Source: a virus. Taken from it: a DNA stretch of 46,874 nt. The notes under the pieces were generated by a model, which was not told the DNA's origin, ran no database searches, and saw nothing but the letters and a program-made list of their open reading frames with translations. The stretch lies in IMG/VR virus record IMGVR_UViG_3300035181_001974; one strand, 5' to 3'. Every line of letters starts with the position of its first letter. Position 1 is the first letter of the stretch. Shown here in pieces: positions 27,113-36,852 of this stretch. Position numbers and translations under genes: made by a program.

Positions 27113-29019
27113 TGTCAGTTTCGTTGCCTTCAAAGGAAATCTACACAGTTGACGTTCCTGAGGTCAAAAACTTCAAGGCAACGTTTCACTACAATTTCTT
27201 CACTCCTGACGAGCAGGTCAAGGAGAGTAGTGGCATTCCACAGCTTGAATTGCAGCGCATTGCAGATGACAGCGTGGACGCATTCAATTCACAATACTTG
27301 ACGACGCGGGTCCCGCGATACGTGGCATTCAGTTGGAACAAGCCGAGGCTTCAGGCGCCTGGCGGACAACTTATCGAGAGTGATGTCCGAAAACACAGTC
27401 AGCGCCCGCCGACGCTGCCCAGGCTGATTGCTGACAATCTTGACAAAATCGTTGACGAGGATCACTTCTCGTCATACAACTATCTGGCTGTCACGTTTCA
27501 CGATGGTTCGATTGACGACAAGGTCTACAACTTTGTCTCGGGCAGCTATGAACAGTTGACTCTCGAGACGCCGAAGGACCCTGGCCTCAGCGTTCACAAG
27601 GCCTCGTTGGCCCTACAACGTCAAGTGCCCAGCAGGATCAATCCTCACTTCATCTCACGGGCCATGATCCAGCCGCACAGTGCGTTCGGAGCCCGACACT
27701 ATGACGCCGCTGGCGGCGTCACAATGCATACTATTCCAGGTGCTCAGGTTCTCTATCGGCAGTACTTCAATCGTCTGAAGCACGTCTACCTGCACTCGCA
27801 GATCAATTCGAAGTTGTTCCATGACGTAACCAACCGCGTCATCAAGGACCCACACTCACCTTTCCCATTGGATGCAGGATCGTTGCACTTTGTCAGTCGC
27901 AAGCTCGGCAACTCTGTCAAGAAGCGCCTTAACTTGACGATCAATGACGAGGAGTTCAAGGTCATCGTCCCGTACGTTAACCTTCGTGTCGACCCAACGT
28001 CGCACCACGTGCAGCGCATGAACGCTGAACTGGTAGGCTTCATTATTGACAAGTACGAGATTGCTGACGACGGGTCAGTCAAGCAACTTCAACCCATCAT
28101 CGTTGAGCACCCCGAGGTGCACAGGGCGCTGGACGTGGCCGTCAAGTACAATCAGCAGTACTCGTACACGATCAGGACGATTGCGCTGTTCCACCTTCCG
28201 GCCATTGATCATGATACGGGTGATATTGCCACGATTCAAGTACTGGTGTCGTCGAAGCCTTCTAACAAGGTTGACATCAAGATCGTTGATGACACAGCAC
28301 CACCGCCACCGTCTGACATCAACTTCGTCTGGAACTATGAGACCGAGAAGTTGATGATGCACTGGGCATTCCCACCCAATTCGCAGCGTGACGTCAAGAG
28401 GTTTCAAGTTTTCCGCCGTGTGACGACAGATCAACCCTTTGAGTTGTTGAAGGAATACGACTTCGATGATTCTGCAGTCAGGGCTGACGATCACGAGCGA
28501 CCTGAGCCACACCTCGTTGAACACCTGACTTCACCGTGTAGGTTCTATGTTGACGATGACTTCACTAAGTCTTCGAAGTACATCTACACCGTCTGTTGCA
28601 TTGACGCTCACGGTCTAACCTCGTGCTATGGAGCACAGTTTCAGCTGTCGTTCGATGTCTTCAAAAACCAGTTGGTGAAGTCGCTGATTTCTCACGCTGG
28701 TGCTCCCAAGCCTTATCCGAACCTCTATCTGGAAGGAGAAGGCTTTGTCAACGTGGCTCGTGTTTCAGGTCCTCACTCTAAAACACTGCGTTTGTTCTTC
28801 AACCCTGAGTACTACATCCTTGAGGATGATCAGGAACGTGCACATCGGATCTTGTCGACCAAGCAGACACATGGATCATACGTCTTTCAATTCATCAATG
28901 CTGACAATCAGAAGAGTCAAAAACTGACTGTCGCCATCGATGACCGCGTTAGGGCGGCGCAGCCCAAACTGACGTTCCCCAAGTTCGTCTTCAACGTGCC
29001 TAAGCAAGTCAAGGGATGA
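27112..29019 (+). CDS. virion structural protein (635 aa)
   Basis: TGATG coupling with GAGAGGA Shine-Dalgarno. Confidence 0.5.
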   Translation: MSVSLPSKEIYTVDVPEVKNFKATFHYNFFTPDEQVKESSGIPQLELQRIADDSVDAFNSQYLTTRVPRYVAFSWNKPRLQAPGGQLIESDVRKHSQRPPTLPRLIADNLDKIVDEDHFSSYNYLAVTFHDGSIDDKVYNFVSGSYEQLTLETPKDPGLSVHKASLALQRQVPSRINPHFISRAMIQPHSAFGARHYDAAGGVTMHTIPGAQVLYRQYFNRLKHVYLHSQINSKLFHDVTNRVIKDPHSPFPLDAGSLHFVSRKLGNSVKKRLNLTINDEEFKVIVPYVNLRVDPTSHHVQRMNAELVGFIIDKYEIADDGSVKQLQPIIVEHPEVHRALDVAVKYNQQYSYTIRTIALFHLPAIDHDTGDIATIQVLVSSKPSNKVDIKIVDDTAPPPPSDINFVWNYETEKLMMHWAFPPNSQRDVKRFQVFRRVTTDQPFELLKEYDFDDSAVRADDHERPEPHLVEHLTSPCRFYVDDDFTKSSKYIYTVCCIDAHGLTSCYGAQFQLSFDVFKNQLVKSLISHAGAPKPYPNLYLEGEGFVNVARVSGPHSKTLRLFFNPEYYILEDDQERAHRILSTKQTHGSYVFQFINADNQKSQKLTVAIDDRVRAAQPKLTFPKFVFNVPKQVKG

Positions 29020-29106
29020 TCGTTTACGGACGCACTGTGAAAAGTAGGATTCAGATGTCGATGGGCAGTTTCTCGCCATAGAGCAATACGTAAAGGCTAG
29101 ATCACC

Positions 29107-29292
29107 ATGATCGTGTATGAGGTTCGCAATGTTCTGAACGGGACTGCGCTAACTACTTACGCTTCAATGAAAGAAGCTGCACAAGCCGTTAACGGTCACA
29201 AGGATCGCACTGGTGATTGTTGCCGAGGTATACGAGAATCACACGCTGGCTATTTCTGGCGTTACGCAGAAGAACAAAAAGAGGCACGGTGA
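29107..29292 (+). CDS. small NUMOD1-like DNA-binding domain protein (homing-endonuclease-associated module, free-standing)
   Basis: IVYEVRNVLNGTALTTYASMKEAAQAVNGHKDRTGDCCRGIRESHAGYFWRY follows the NUMOD1 pattern: vYvyd.nG..i..f.S..eAAk..g.....I..c..g.r...gGy.w.y. Confidence 0.45.
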   Translation: MIVYEVRNVLNGTALTTYASMKEAAQAVNGHKDRTGDCCRGIRESHAGYFWRYAEEQKEAR

Positions 29293-29295
29293 CGC

Positions 29296-30012
29296 ATGGG
29301 GTTCCTTGATCATTCAACTAACAATATCATCCTCGACGCTGTGCTAACTGACGTAGGGCGCCAGTTCCTGGCCCGCAATGACGGCAGCTTTTCACTACAC
29401 AAGTTTGCTCTTGGTGACGATGAGGTAAACTATGGGATCATCTCGAAGTATGGTCGTACCGTTGGCCGTGAAAAGATCGAGAAGAACACGCCGATCTTCG
29501 AGGCGTTGACTAATCAGCAACACTCGCAGAAGTTCAAGTTGATCAGCGTCTCAAACCCCAACCTGTTGAGGCTGCCTGCGTTGAGCCTGTCTGGCGATGC
29601 TAACGTTGACGGTCTGAATGCTGTGGTGACCCTGGGTCGTAATCAGCAGAAGACGTCGACCATGACGTTGGAACAGGTCATCAAGAACGAGACTTCGATC
29701 GACGTTGAACTCCGCGACCAAACGTTCATCATTGAGGTGCCGAACCTCTTCTGCCAGGTCCTCCGCAACACGCCTGAAAATGTCGACGGCCAGCAGCGTG
29801 CGACCTACATCCTCACCCGTTCACCGACTGAGAACGCATATGGCGGGTCGAGCGTCCAGTTCACCCTCTCGGTCAAGTCACTGACCGACGCCTTGTTCTC
29901 GGTCTACGGCAGCACGGCCAACAAGTCGAAGATCAAGACCTACATCAAGATCACAGGCGTCCAGTCAGGTGCCGTCAAGGACATCACCGTCATCATCGAC
30001 AAGAATCTGTGA
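29296..30012 (+). CDS. virion structural protein (238 aa)
   Basis: AAGAGG Shine-Dalgarno. Confidence 0.45.
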   Translation: MGFLDHSTNNIILDAVLTDVGRQFLARNDGSFSLHKFALGDDEVNYGIISKYGRTVGREKIEKNTPIFEALTNQQHSQKFKLISVSNPNLLRLPALSLSGDANVDGLNAVVTLGRNQQKTSTMTLEQVIKNETSIDVELRDQTFIIEVPNLFCQVLRNTPENVDGQQRATYILTRSPTENAYGGSSVQFTLSVKSLTDALFSVYGSTANKSKIKTYIKITGVQSGAVKDITVIIDKNL

Positions 30013-30029
30013 TCGGAGCCCACTGACCC

Positions 30030-31298
30030 ATGGCAATTTTCAAGGAAATCCTTCCGAGCGACATCAAGACGGCACGCTCATTTCTGAACCAGCTCATCGA
30101 CGTCCTTCAGGAGGACATCAGCGGTTCAGTTTCGCGGCGCAAGTACCAGGTCTTCGTCACTGGCGGCATTGGTCCTGGCGTGACCAGCTCGCTGTTTCAG
30201 ACCGTCTATGATCAGGACTTCAGTCTGCAGACAGCGAACCCGATCTTCGACATGACGCTGGGAATCTTGCCTGGCGGCACCACGGCACGGTCGAGCCAGT
30301 TGGGCACCGACGCAGCGGGTAAGGAACTGTTCCCATCATCTTCACTGATGATGCGTGAAAAGTTGGACGTCTATCGTCAGTTCTCGCAAGCTTTGTTGGG
30401 TGATTCGACACAGACGTTCAAGGCGCCCTTTGATTCGACTGGCGTGTCGGACTCGATGGACGTGGCGTTGTTCATCGCCTTCAAGCGTTTGTTTGCACGC
30501 GATCAGATCAAACGTGAGACGATGGCGATGCGGTTCTATCAGTCGGCCTCGTTCGTCGCGGTCGGTCCTAATGGCTCCAGCATTGACGTGCCACCGCAGC
30601 TCAATGGCTACGGCGATAATCCGGGCGTCACTAATCTCAATGTCACCTCGACCTCAGGGTCAGCGATTTACACCGACATCGGTGCGTCGACCAACAAGTT
30701 GACGGCGTTTGGCGGTCAGGTCGGTAATATTGTCGATTCTGCAAACACCAATCGGTCAGTCGGCCTGATGTTCTACGACCGTGGCATCATGGTCCTTGAC
30801 ATGGCCAAGATCACGTCTGGCTCACAGTTCATGTCGGGCGTCATCGACGCAATGCACCCGTTGGGTAGGATCACACTGGGTGACCCGCACACCGAGACGG
30901 GCCGGCAGGCCAACTTTGCCGAGAAGTTCATTCCTGACTTTGTCGTCTCTGCGTCGATCGATAACATCGTCGACCACATCGCCGCGTGTCGATTTGGTTC
31001 TGGCTCACAGTCAGCAATCACGTTCCAAAACGTGACGAATATCAACAGCACTTTGATCTTCTGCCGCGCCGGCGCCGACGAGTTCAACTACTCGTCCAAC
31101 CCGACGTTCACTGACGCTGACAATCGAATCGTCGTCATTGACCCGGGTCAGGAAGACACGCAGCAGACGTTCACCTTCATCACTTCAGTTGGTCTCTACG
31201 ATGCCAACGATAACCTGTTGGCGGTGGCTAAGCTGTCGAGGCCGGTGGAGAAGTCGCCTGAGAGGGATCTCACGCTCCGTGTCAGACTTGACTTCTAG
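30030..31298 (+). CDS. virion structural protein (422 aa); C-terminal about 35 aa paralogous to the end of 31536..34043
   Basis: C-terminus GLYDANDNLLAVAKLSRPVEKSPERDLTLRVRLDF. Confidence 0.5.
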   Translation: MAIFKEILPSDIKTARSFLNQLIDVLQEDISGSVSRRKYQVFVTGGIGPGVTSSLFQTVYDQDFSLQTANPIFDMTLGILPGGTTARSSQLGTDAAGKELFPSSSLMMREKLDVYRQFSQALLGDSTQTFKAPFDSTGVSDSMDVALFIAFKRLFARDQIKRETMAMRFYQSASFVAVGPNGSSIDVPPQLNGYGDNPGVTNLNVTSTSGSAIYTDIGASTNKLTAFGGQVGNIVDSANTNRSVGLMFYDRGIMVLDMAKITSGSQFMSGVIDAMHPLGRITLGDPHTETGRQANFAEKFIPDFVVSASIDNIVDHIAACRFGSGSQSAITFQNVTNINSTLIFCRAGADEFNYSSNPTFTDADNRIVVIDPGQEDTQQTFTFITSVGLYDANDNLLAVAKLSRPVEKSPERDLTLRVRLDF

Positions 31299-31347
31299 GA
31301 TGATTCTCGACTGGTAAGCAGTCAAACAGAAAGTTGTACGATTTGGC

Positions 31348-31488
31348 ATGCGTTATCAATACACATGCCAAACGTGTTTAAAGCCCTTCGAGTCTTACAA
31401 GAAGGACAAGAAGTTCTGTTCAGTCAAATGTTCCACGGCACGACATGGCCAGGTGACCAACCAGTGTGTCATCTGCAACATCTGACGG
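31348..31488 (+). CDS. small zinc-ribbon-like ORF (46 aa; not in the track)
   Basis: Hand translation: MRYQYTCQTCLKPFESYKKDKKFCSVKCSTARHGQVTNQCVICNI. Three Cys pairs (CxxC, CxxxC, CxxC). An inverted repeat TTGGCATG...CATGCCAA (31343-31371) spans its start codon. Confidence 0.3.
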
Positions 31489-31535
31489 ACTGAGGCCCCC
31501 GATGCAACGGGGTATAGTTATGATGAGGAGCAGGA

Positions 31536-34043
31536 ATGTCACTCACCCCCGTTAGCCAGAACGACCTAGAGTCGTTCAGCGTCATCGCCAATCCGATTAG
31601 GCAATATTCCTCGTCGTCGATGGGCGTGACTGGGTCAGTTCACGTTTTTGCTCGACGGTCGTCGATCGAAAAAGACGTCACCTCCCTACCCGGGTTCGTT
31701 GATGCGACGAAAGACGATTCTGACCTCAACGCAACCATCGGTCAGTTGACGATGCTGGGGCGTCTGGCTAAGTACGTCAGTACCATCGCAGAGAAGTTTC
31801 CTGGGATGCTGGATGACTACTTGTCCAAGGTCGACAGCCAGGCGATCTCAGCGCGTAAGCAGAAGATTCTCGACATCATCAGGTTCACGCCTTCCGTCAA
31901 CTTCAGCTCAAACACCACGAGGAAGTTGATCGTCAAGGACATCTTGATGAAATACTACAGGACGTCGTACCCGTCGGCGCACTGGGCCTACTCCAACTAC
32001 AACTCCCTGAACTTCTTCACCGCATCTTCTGTTCCGACGAGTTCAGTGCTGTTGTATCCGAACTACGATGTCTCTATGAGCGACCAGGCTCACGAGGGTT
32101 ACGTGGCGCTCAATTACTCATTGAGTGGTTCATTCTCGTTCGATTTCTACATCAATCCACGTTACCAGACAGAGGAGCCCAATGGCCAGTTCAAGGCTGG
32201 CACCATCATGCACGTTTCATCGTGCTATGCCTTGTCGTTGGTCACTGGCTCAGCGAAGGACCAAAATGGTCGGCCTCTTGGCTATCGTCTATTGCTCCAG
32301 TTGAGCCATAGCGCAGACACGCGGCCGTCAGAGGCATTGCCAGGAAATTATCCGAACGATCTTGTGTTCTTGTCTGACGATAACTCGTTGCAGTGGAATC
32401 GCTGGCACCACGTGGTGGTTCGCTGGGGCACGAGTCTCATCAACCAAGGAACTGGCAGCTTCAACATTGACGGCGTTGACAAGGGGTTGTTCGTCATTCC
32501 AAGCGGCACAGTGGCGCCCTTGTTGTTTGGCGACCCTGCCCAGGGCATGCCATCGGTTCTGTGCGTTGGCAACTATTGGGAGGGGACCAACAAAGGCAAC
32601 AATGAGCAATCATTGTTCTTTGCGGCAGATCCGGCCCTCCGTGAGGGTCTGACGCAACTCAATGGCACGGTTGGAATCGACGCGCCAATCTCAGCTGCGG
32701 TAGCCTTCAATCACCCGTTGAATGCTGAACTTCATGACGTGGCGCTCAAGCGCTTCTACATGAGCAACGATGACATCGTGTTTTCTGCGTCTCAGGGGCC
32801 CAAGTTGCTCGACTGGAACCTGGTCGCCTTCTATTTGCCTCCGTTCTTCATTCAGGAATCGCCCTTCAGGCAGTTCGTCGGCACTCACGGTGGCATCATG
32901 CAGACGCCCTTCTTTGAGGTCGACGGCACCACGCAGTCACCGTTCAACGTGGCCATGTCGTTCGGCGTCAATGGTCACTACATCAACATTGAAAATTACC
33001 TGCGTGACTTTGCGAGCGACGTCTTCCCTCGGGCTCACGATCTGTCGGCGTCGGTCATTGACTACACCACAGAGGCTCGAGCCGCCAACGATTTTCTGTA
33101 CGATGATCCCAAGGTCCGTGCTAGGAACTTGCTGATCCTGCCGTGCGACGATGGCAACTTTATCCCTGCCTATGAACTGTTGGCGAGCGAGAGCCTTAGG
33201 ACCATCATGGTCGGTGACGACGGGGTCGAAGAACTGAGCTACGTTCACCTAGGCAACATGCTGTCTACTGCCTCCATCTTGTTTGGCAGCGCCTTTGAAG
33301 ACGTGGAGGGTGTGGCGGCCGCAGATGCCGATAGGTTCATTGACGAGTTGATCGGGTTCACGCCAGAGCAACCGGGTAATCAGCCTGGCCGAGCCTACGT
33401 TGGGTTCATGCGTAAGCTAACTCAATCAGTGGCATCGGGCACTTACATTCCGGGCGTTGAAAACAATGCCCCGCTGACGATCTACCAACGTACTCGTGAT
33501 CCCTCATCCAACCAGGTGACATTCTTTGACGTCAGTAATCTGTACTATGGCCAAAGAATTATGCCTGGCACCCTTGAGCTCTACGAGAGCGGCATGACTG
33601 GCTCAAATGGCCGTGTGCCGATGACCCTGAAGGACGACGGCAACGGTAACATCTATCGCGCCGACACCTTCACCTCAGCATCCACATGGAACTCTGTGGG
33701 CAACGTCTTCTACGACGAGGGAATCATTGTCATCAAGAACCCGCACCTCTACTTCTACGGAAAGGATCACTTCGAGGTCTCGTTTAGAGGTGTCCAGTCG
33801 ATTCACTCGCTAAAGCTAGAGGTGATTGCGGCCCAAAATCAGCTCAACTCAAGTTCCAACCCGAACTTCAAGCTGCTACCTGCCTCGGGCTTCAAGACTG
33901 ACAACGATCCCAATTACGTCTACATCACTGGCCTCAATTTTCATGACGAGAACTTGAACGTGGTGGCGAAGACCCAACTCGCTCAGCCCATCGTCAAGCG
34001 CCACGGGGATCGGATTCTTTTCAAAGTCGGGATCGACTTTTGA
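31536..34043 (+). CDS. large virion structural protein (835 aa); shares its C-terminal motif with 30030..31298
   Basis: GAGGAG Shine-Dalgarno at 6 nt. C-terminus GLNFHDENLNVVAKTQLAQPIVKRHGDRILFKVGIDF. Confidence 0.5.
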   Translation: MSLTPVSQNDLESFSVIANPIRQYSSSSMGVTGSVHVFARRSSIEKDVTSLPGFVDATKDDSDLNATIGQLTMLGRLAKYVSTIAEKFPGMLDDYLSKVDSQAISARKQKILDIIRFTPSVNFSSNTTRKLIVKDILMKYYRTSYPSAHWAYSNYNSLNFFTASSVPTSSVLLYPNYDVSMSDQAHEGYVALNYSLSGSFSFDFYINPRYQTEEPNGQFKAGTIMHVSSCYALSLVTGSAKDQNGRPLGYRLLLQLSHSADTRPSEALPGNYPNDLVFLSDDNSLQWNRWHHVVVRWGTSLINQGTGSFNIDGVDKGLFVIPSGTVAPLLFGDPAQGMPSVLCVGNYWEGTNKGNNEQSLFFAADPALREGLTQLNGTVGIDAPISAAVAFNHPLNAELHDVALKRFYMSNDDIVFSASQGPKLLDWNLVAFYLPPFFIQESPFRQFVGTHGGIMQTPFFEVDGTTQSPFNVAMSFGVNGHYINIENYLRDFASDVFPRAHDLSASVIDYTTEARAANDFLYDDPKVRARNLLILPCDDGNFIPAYELLASESLRTIMVGDDGVEELSYVHLGNMLSTASILFGSAFEDVEGVAAADADRFIDELIGFTPEQPGNQPGRAYVGFMRKLTQSVASGTYIPGVENNAPLTIYQRTRDPSSNQVTFFDVSNLYYGQRIMPGTLELYESGMTGSNGRVPMTLKDDGNGNIYRADTFTSASTWNSVGNVFYDEGIIVIKNPHLYFYGKDHFEVSFRGVQSIHSLKLEVIAAQNQLNSSSNPNFKLLPASGFKTDNDPNYVYITGLNFHDENLNVVAKTQLAQPIVKRHGDRILFKVGIDF

Positions 34044-34079
34044 TGTTGCTCATCTGGTGGGACGCAATACAATCCACAG

Positions 34080-34496
34080 ATGGCCGCCAAGAAAGCACCC
34101 GTCAAGCGTAAGCGCCGGAAGCGCAAGGGTCACTACATCACGGGGACATACACCTCGACGAAGACGGGCGCGGCGTGTAAGTATCGCTCTGGATGGGAGC
34201 TCAAGTTCATGGAGTACCTCGACGGTGAGGCTTCAGTGAAGACCTGGTGGTACGAGGCATTTACCATCGACTACATCAGTAACAAAAAGACGGGCCGCGT
34301 TCGCCGTTATATCCCAGACTTCAAGATCGAGTATGATGATGGTCGCATCGAGGTGGTCGAAATCAAGCCTTCCAAGCGGTTGACCCGTCCGACGGTTGTC
34401 AAGAAGCTAGAGGCCGCTGGAATATGGTGCCGTGATCACGGCGTGGCCCTCCGAGTAATCACAGAGCGTGAATTGAAGGGCCTAGGTCTATTGTAA
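34080..34496 (+). CDS. PD-(D/E)XK Holliday-junction resolvase, T7 endonuclease I family, with a polybasic N-terminal tail
   Basis: YRSGWELKF...YIPDFKIEYDDGRIEVVEIKP matches T7 gp3 FRSGLEDKV...YTPDFLLPNGIFVETKG. N-terminus MAAKKAPVKRKRRKRKG. Confidence 0.65.
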   Translation: MAAKKAPVKRKRRKRKGHYITGTYTSTKTGAACKYRSGWELKFMEYLDGEASVKTWWYEAFTIDYISNKKTGRVRRYIPDFKIEYDDGRIEVVEIKPSKRLTRPTVVKKLEAAGIWCRDHGVALRVITERELKGLGLL

Positions 34497-34536
34497 CTCG
34501 ATTTTACGAGAGGCCGCGAGGGTCCACAGTTATGAC

Positions 34537-35115
34537 ATGCCACTGAAGATGAAACGCCGTTACGTGTTGGGACTCGATGTTTCTACGTCGATTACGGGCG
34601 TCTGTTTGATCGACCGTGACGTGGTCCCCGACGGGACTGGCAATCACATTGTCCACCTCGATCATATCGAGTTCAAGAAGTGTAAGACGCTGTGGGACAA
34701 GGCCGACGTGGTGGCTCACTACCTAAACGGATTGCACGTCAATCACGCTAATGCCGAGATTGCCGTCGCAATTGAAGAACCTCTACTGGGCTTTCGACAG
34801 GGGATGTCGTCTGCCACGACCATTGCCTCGTTGCTGAGGTTCAACGGGATCGTCTCGTATATCTCACGGAACACCTTCAACGTAGAGCCCAATTACATCT
34901 CTGCACCCACGGCCCGCAAGCAGTGTGGCTTGAAGCTGCAGAAGCCTTCGGTAGCAGGCAAGAGCCAGAAGGAGCAGGTCTTCGATCACATGGCACAGCA
35001 CGATTTGTCACATGTGAAGTGGCCGACCAAGAAGAACGGTACCTCCGTCGATTGGTCGCGTGATGCAACCGATGCGTACGTTATTGCCCGTGCTGCCTGT
35101 CTCATGAACATATGA
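34537..35115 (+). CDS. RuvC-family Holliday-junction resolvase (RNase H-like fold)
   Basis: YVLGLDVSTSITGVCLI (Asp in beta1), AIEEPL (Glu), DATDAYVIARAAC (C-terminal Asp pair). These are collinear with E. coli RuvC ILGIDPG / AIEQVF / ADAADALAIAITHC. Confidence 0.65.
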   Translation: MPLKMKRRYVLGLDVSTSITGVCLIDRDVVPDGTGNHIVHLDHIEFKKCKTLWDKADVVAHYLNGLHVNHANAEIAVAIEEPLLGFRQGMSSATTIASLLRFNGIVSYISRNTFNVEPNYISAPTARKQCGLKLQKPSVAGKSQKEQVFDHMAQHDLSHVKWPTKKNGTSVDWSRDATDAYVIARAACLMNI

Positions 35116-35139
35116 GGTCCTGAGCGGGACAATGTAAGC

Positions 35140-36138
35140 GTGCAGAGCCTCTCTGAGAAATGTAAGTTCTACGAGAGCGTATTTGGGAAGGGACACCTTG
35201 CTGCAAACGGCAAGAACTTCGGGGTGCGCTGTCCGATTCCCACGTGTCACTCGCACAAGGATTCGAGTAAGCGCAAGCTGGTCATCCGTGTAGAAGATGA
35301 CGTGAATCACTGCTGGTCGTGCGGATGGAAGGCCCACACGCTGGCACCCCTGATCAAGAAGTACGGAACGCAGGCGCAACTCAATCGCTACCGCGATGAG
35401 TTCATGCCTGAGGATGTTCGCGCTCGTCTCAGGTACATTGACGTCGACAACGACAAAAAGCCTCTCGAGCTGCCCAAGGACTTCAGGCTGCTGACGTTGG
35501 CGTCGCTATCAGATCCAGACGTCCTCGCGGCCTGGACCTACCTAAAGAAAAGGAACGTCACTCGTAGAGACGCGTGGTACTTCAAGCTTGGCGTCTCAGG
35601 TGAACATCGTTGGCGCCGCCGCGTCATCATGCCTTCATTTGATTGGGAAGGCAAGTTGAACTTCTACGTGGGTCGTAGCGTCGATGAGTGGGACAAGCGC
35701 CCGAAGTACGACAATCCCGAGGACGACAAGCTATCCATCGTATTCAACGAGATCAACATTGACTGGAAGCGTCGTCTGGTGATCTGCGAGGGGCCATTCG
35801 ATCTGATGAAGTGTGGTGAGAACGCAGTGCCTTTGTTGGGCTCAGACCTCAACGAAGAGTCACGATTGTTTTCTCAGATCATCGCTAATTGTACGCCCAT
35901 TGCCCTAGCGTTGGACGGTGACATGTGGGCGACGAAGGCGCCCAGGATCGCCAAGAAGTTGCAAGAATACGCAGTTGACGTGGCACTGGTCGATGTCCGT
36001 GAGTGGGGCGACCCAGGCAAGATGACGAAGCAACAGTTCAAGGCTGCCGTCGAGGCTGCGAAGGAACCGACCTGGTCGAGTTCATTCTTCGATCGCCTGT
36101 CACGAGCGACCAATGTGCCCCTACGTATCAGAATGTGA
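35140..36138 (+). CDS. DNA primase: T7 gp4-like zinc-binding domain plus TOPRIM, with no helicase domain
   Basis: CPIPTCHSHKD...NHCWSCGWKAH zinc ribbon. LVICEGPFDLMKCGENAVPLLG TOPRIM glutamate and DGD (LALDGDMWATK). Confidence 0.75.
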   Translation: MQSLSEKCKFYESVFGKGHLAANGKNFGVRCPIPTCHSHKDSSKRKLVIRVEDDVNHCWSCGWKAHTLAPLIKKYGTQAQLNRYRDEFMPEDVRARLRYIDVDNDKKPLELPKDFRLLTLASLSDPDVLAAWTYLKKRNVTRRDAWYFKLGVSGEHRWRRRVIMPSFDWEGKLNFYVGRSVDEWDKRPKYDNPEDDKLSIVFNEINIDWKRRLVICEGPFDLMKCGENAVPLLGSDLNEESRLFSQIIANCTPIALALDGDMWATKAPRIAKKLQEYAVDVALVDVREWGDPGKMTKQQFKAAVEAAKEPTWSSSFFDRLSRATNVPLRIRM

Positions 36139-36198
36139 TGTTAGCGCCATTGTATTTGTACAGGCAGGGCGCTCAATTATACCCTCTGGATAGGGCAC

Positions 36199-36852
36199 AT
36201 GCTCAAGATAGCACATATTGCAGACGTGCACTGGCGAGGCCTTTCGCGGCACGATGAGTACCGTGAGGTCTTTGATGCCTTTGTCAAGGACGTCAAGGAT
36301 CAGGGGATCGAGCACATCTTTGTCGGTGGCGACATCTTCCATACCAAGACGACGGGCCTTAGCCCAGAGTACATCGATGAGTTGACGAGGTGGCTCAAGT
36401 CAATGTCATCGGTCGCCGAGGTTCACTTGACGCTCGGAAATCATGACGGGAACCTTGTCAACCTCTCGCGACAGGATGCTGTCACTCCCATCGTCGAGGC
36501 ATTGAAGGACCCGATGATTCATCTCTACAAGCAGAGCGGTTGCTATGAGTTCTCACCGGGTTACGTTTGGTGCATCTACAGCCTCTTTGATGTTGAAGGT
36601 TGGGCAGCAGTCAAACCGCTACCCGGTAAGATCAACATTGCGTGTTATCACGGACCGGTGTACGGTGCGCGGACGGAGACCGATTGGTTGATCGAGGAAG
36701 GTCTCAATCTTGACTTTTTCAAAGATTATGATTTTGCCCTCCTGGGCGACATCCATAAGTTGCAGTTCCTTCGCTCTCGTGAAGTTGAACTTGTGATCGA
36801 TGAAGGCGACCTCGACAAATACCCAGGCGCCACCGTCCTCGGAGACGCATGA
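36199..36852 (+). CDS. sbcD: SbcD/Mre11-family nuclease, phosphoesterase core only (217 aa)
   Basis: Calcineurin-fold motifs HIADVHW, GGDIFH, GNHD, YHGPV, GDIHK. It ends just after the last His motif, where full-length SbcD continues with the capping domain. Confidence 0.7.
   Translation: MLKIAHIADVHWRGLSRHDEYREVFDAFVKDVKDQGIEHIFVGGDIFHTKTTGLSPEYIDELTRWLKSMSSVAEVHLTLGNHDGNLVNLSRQDAVTPIVEALKDPMIHLYKQSGCYEFSPGYVWCIYSLFDVEGWAAVKPLPGKINIACYHGPVYGARTETDWLIEEGLNLDFFKDYDFALLGDIHKLQFLRSREVELVIDEGDLDKYPGATVLGDA

Noticed and set aside
36139-36198. Inverted repeat AGCGCC-N20-GGCGCT after the primase stop, as a possible terminator.
   Set aside because: Only a 6-bp stem with a 20-nt loop and no T-tract, so too weak to call.
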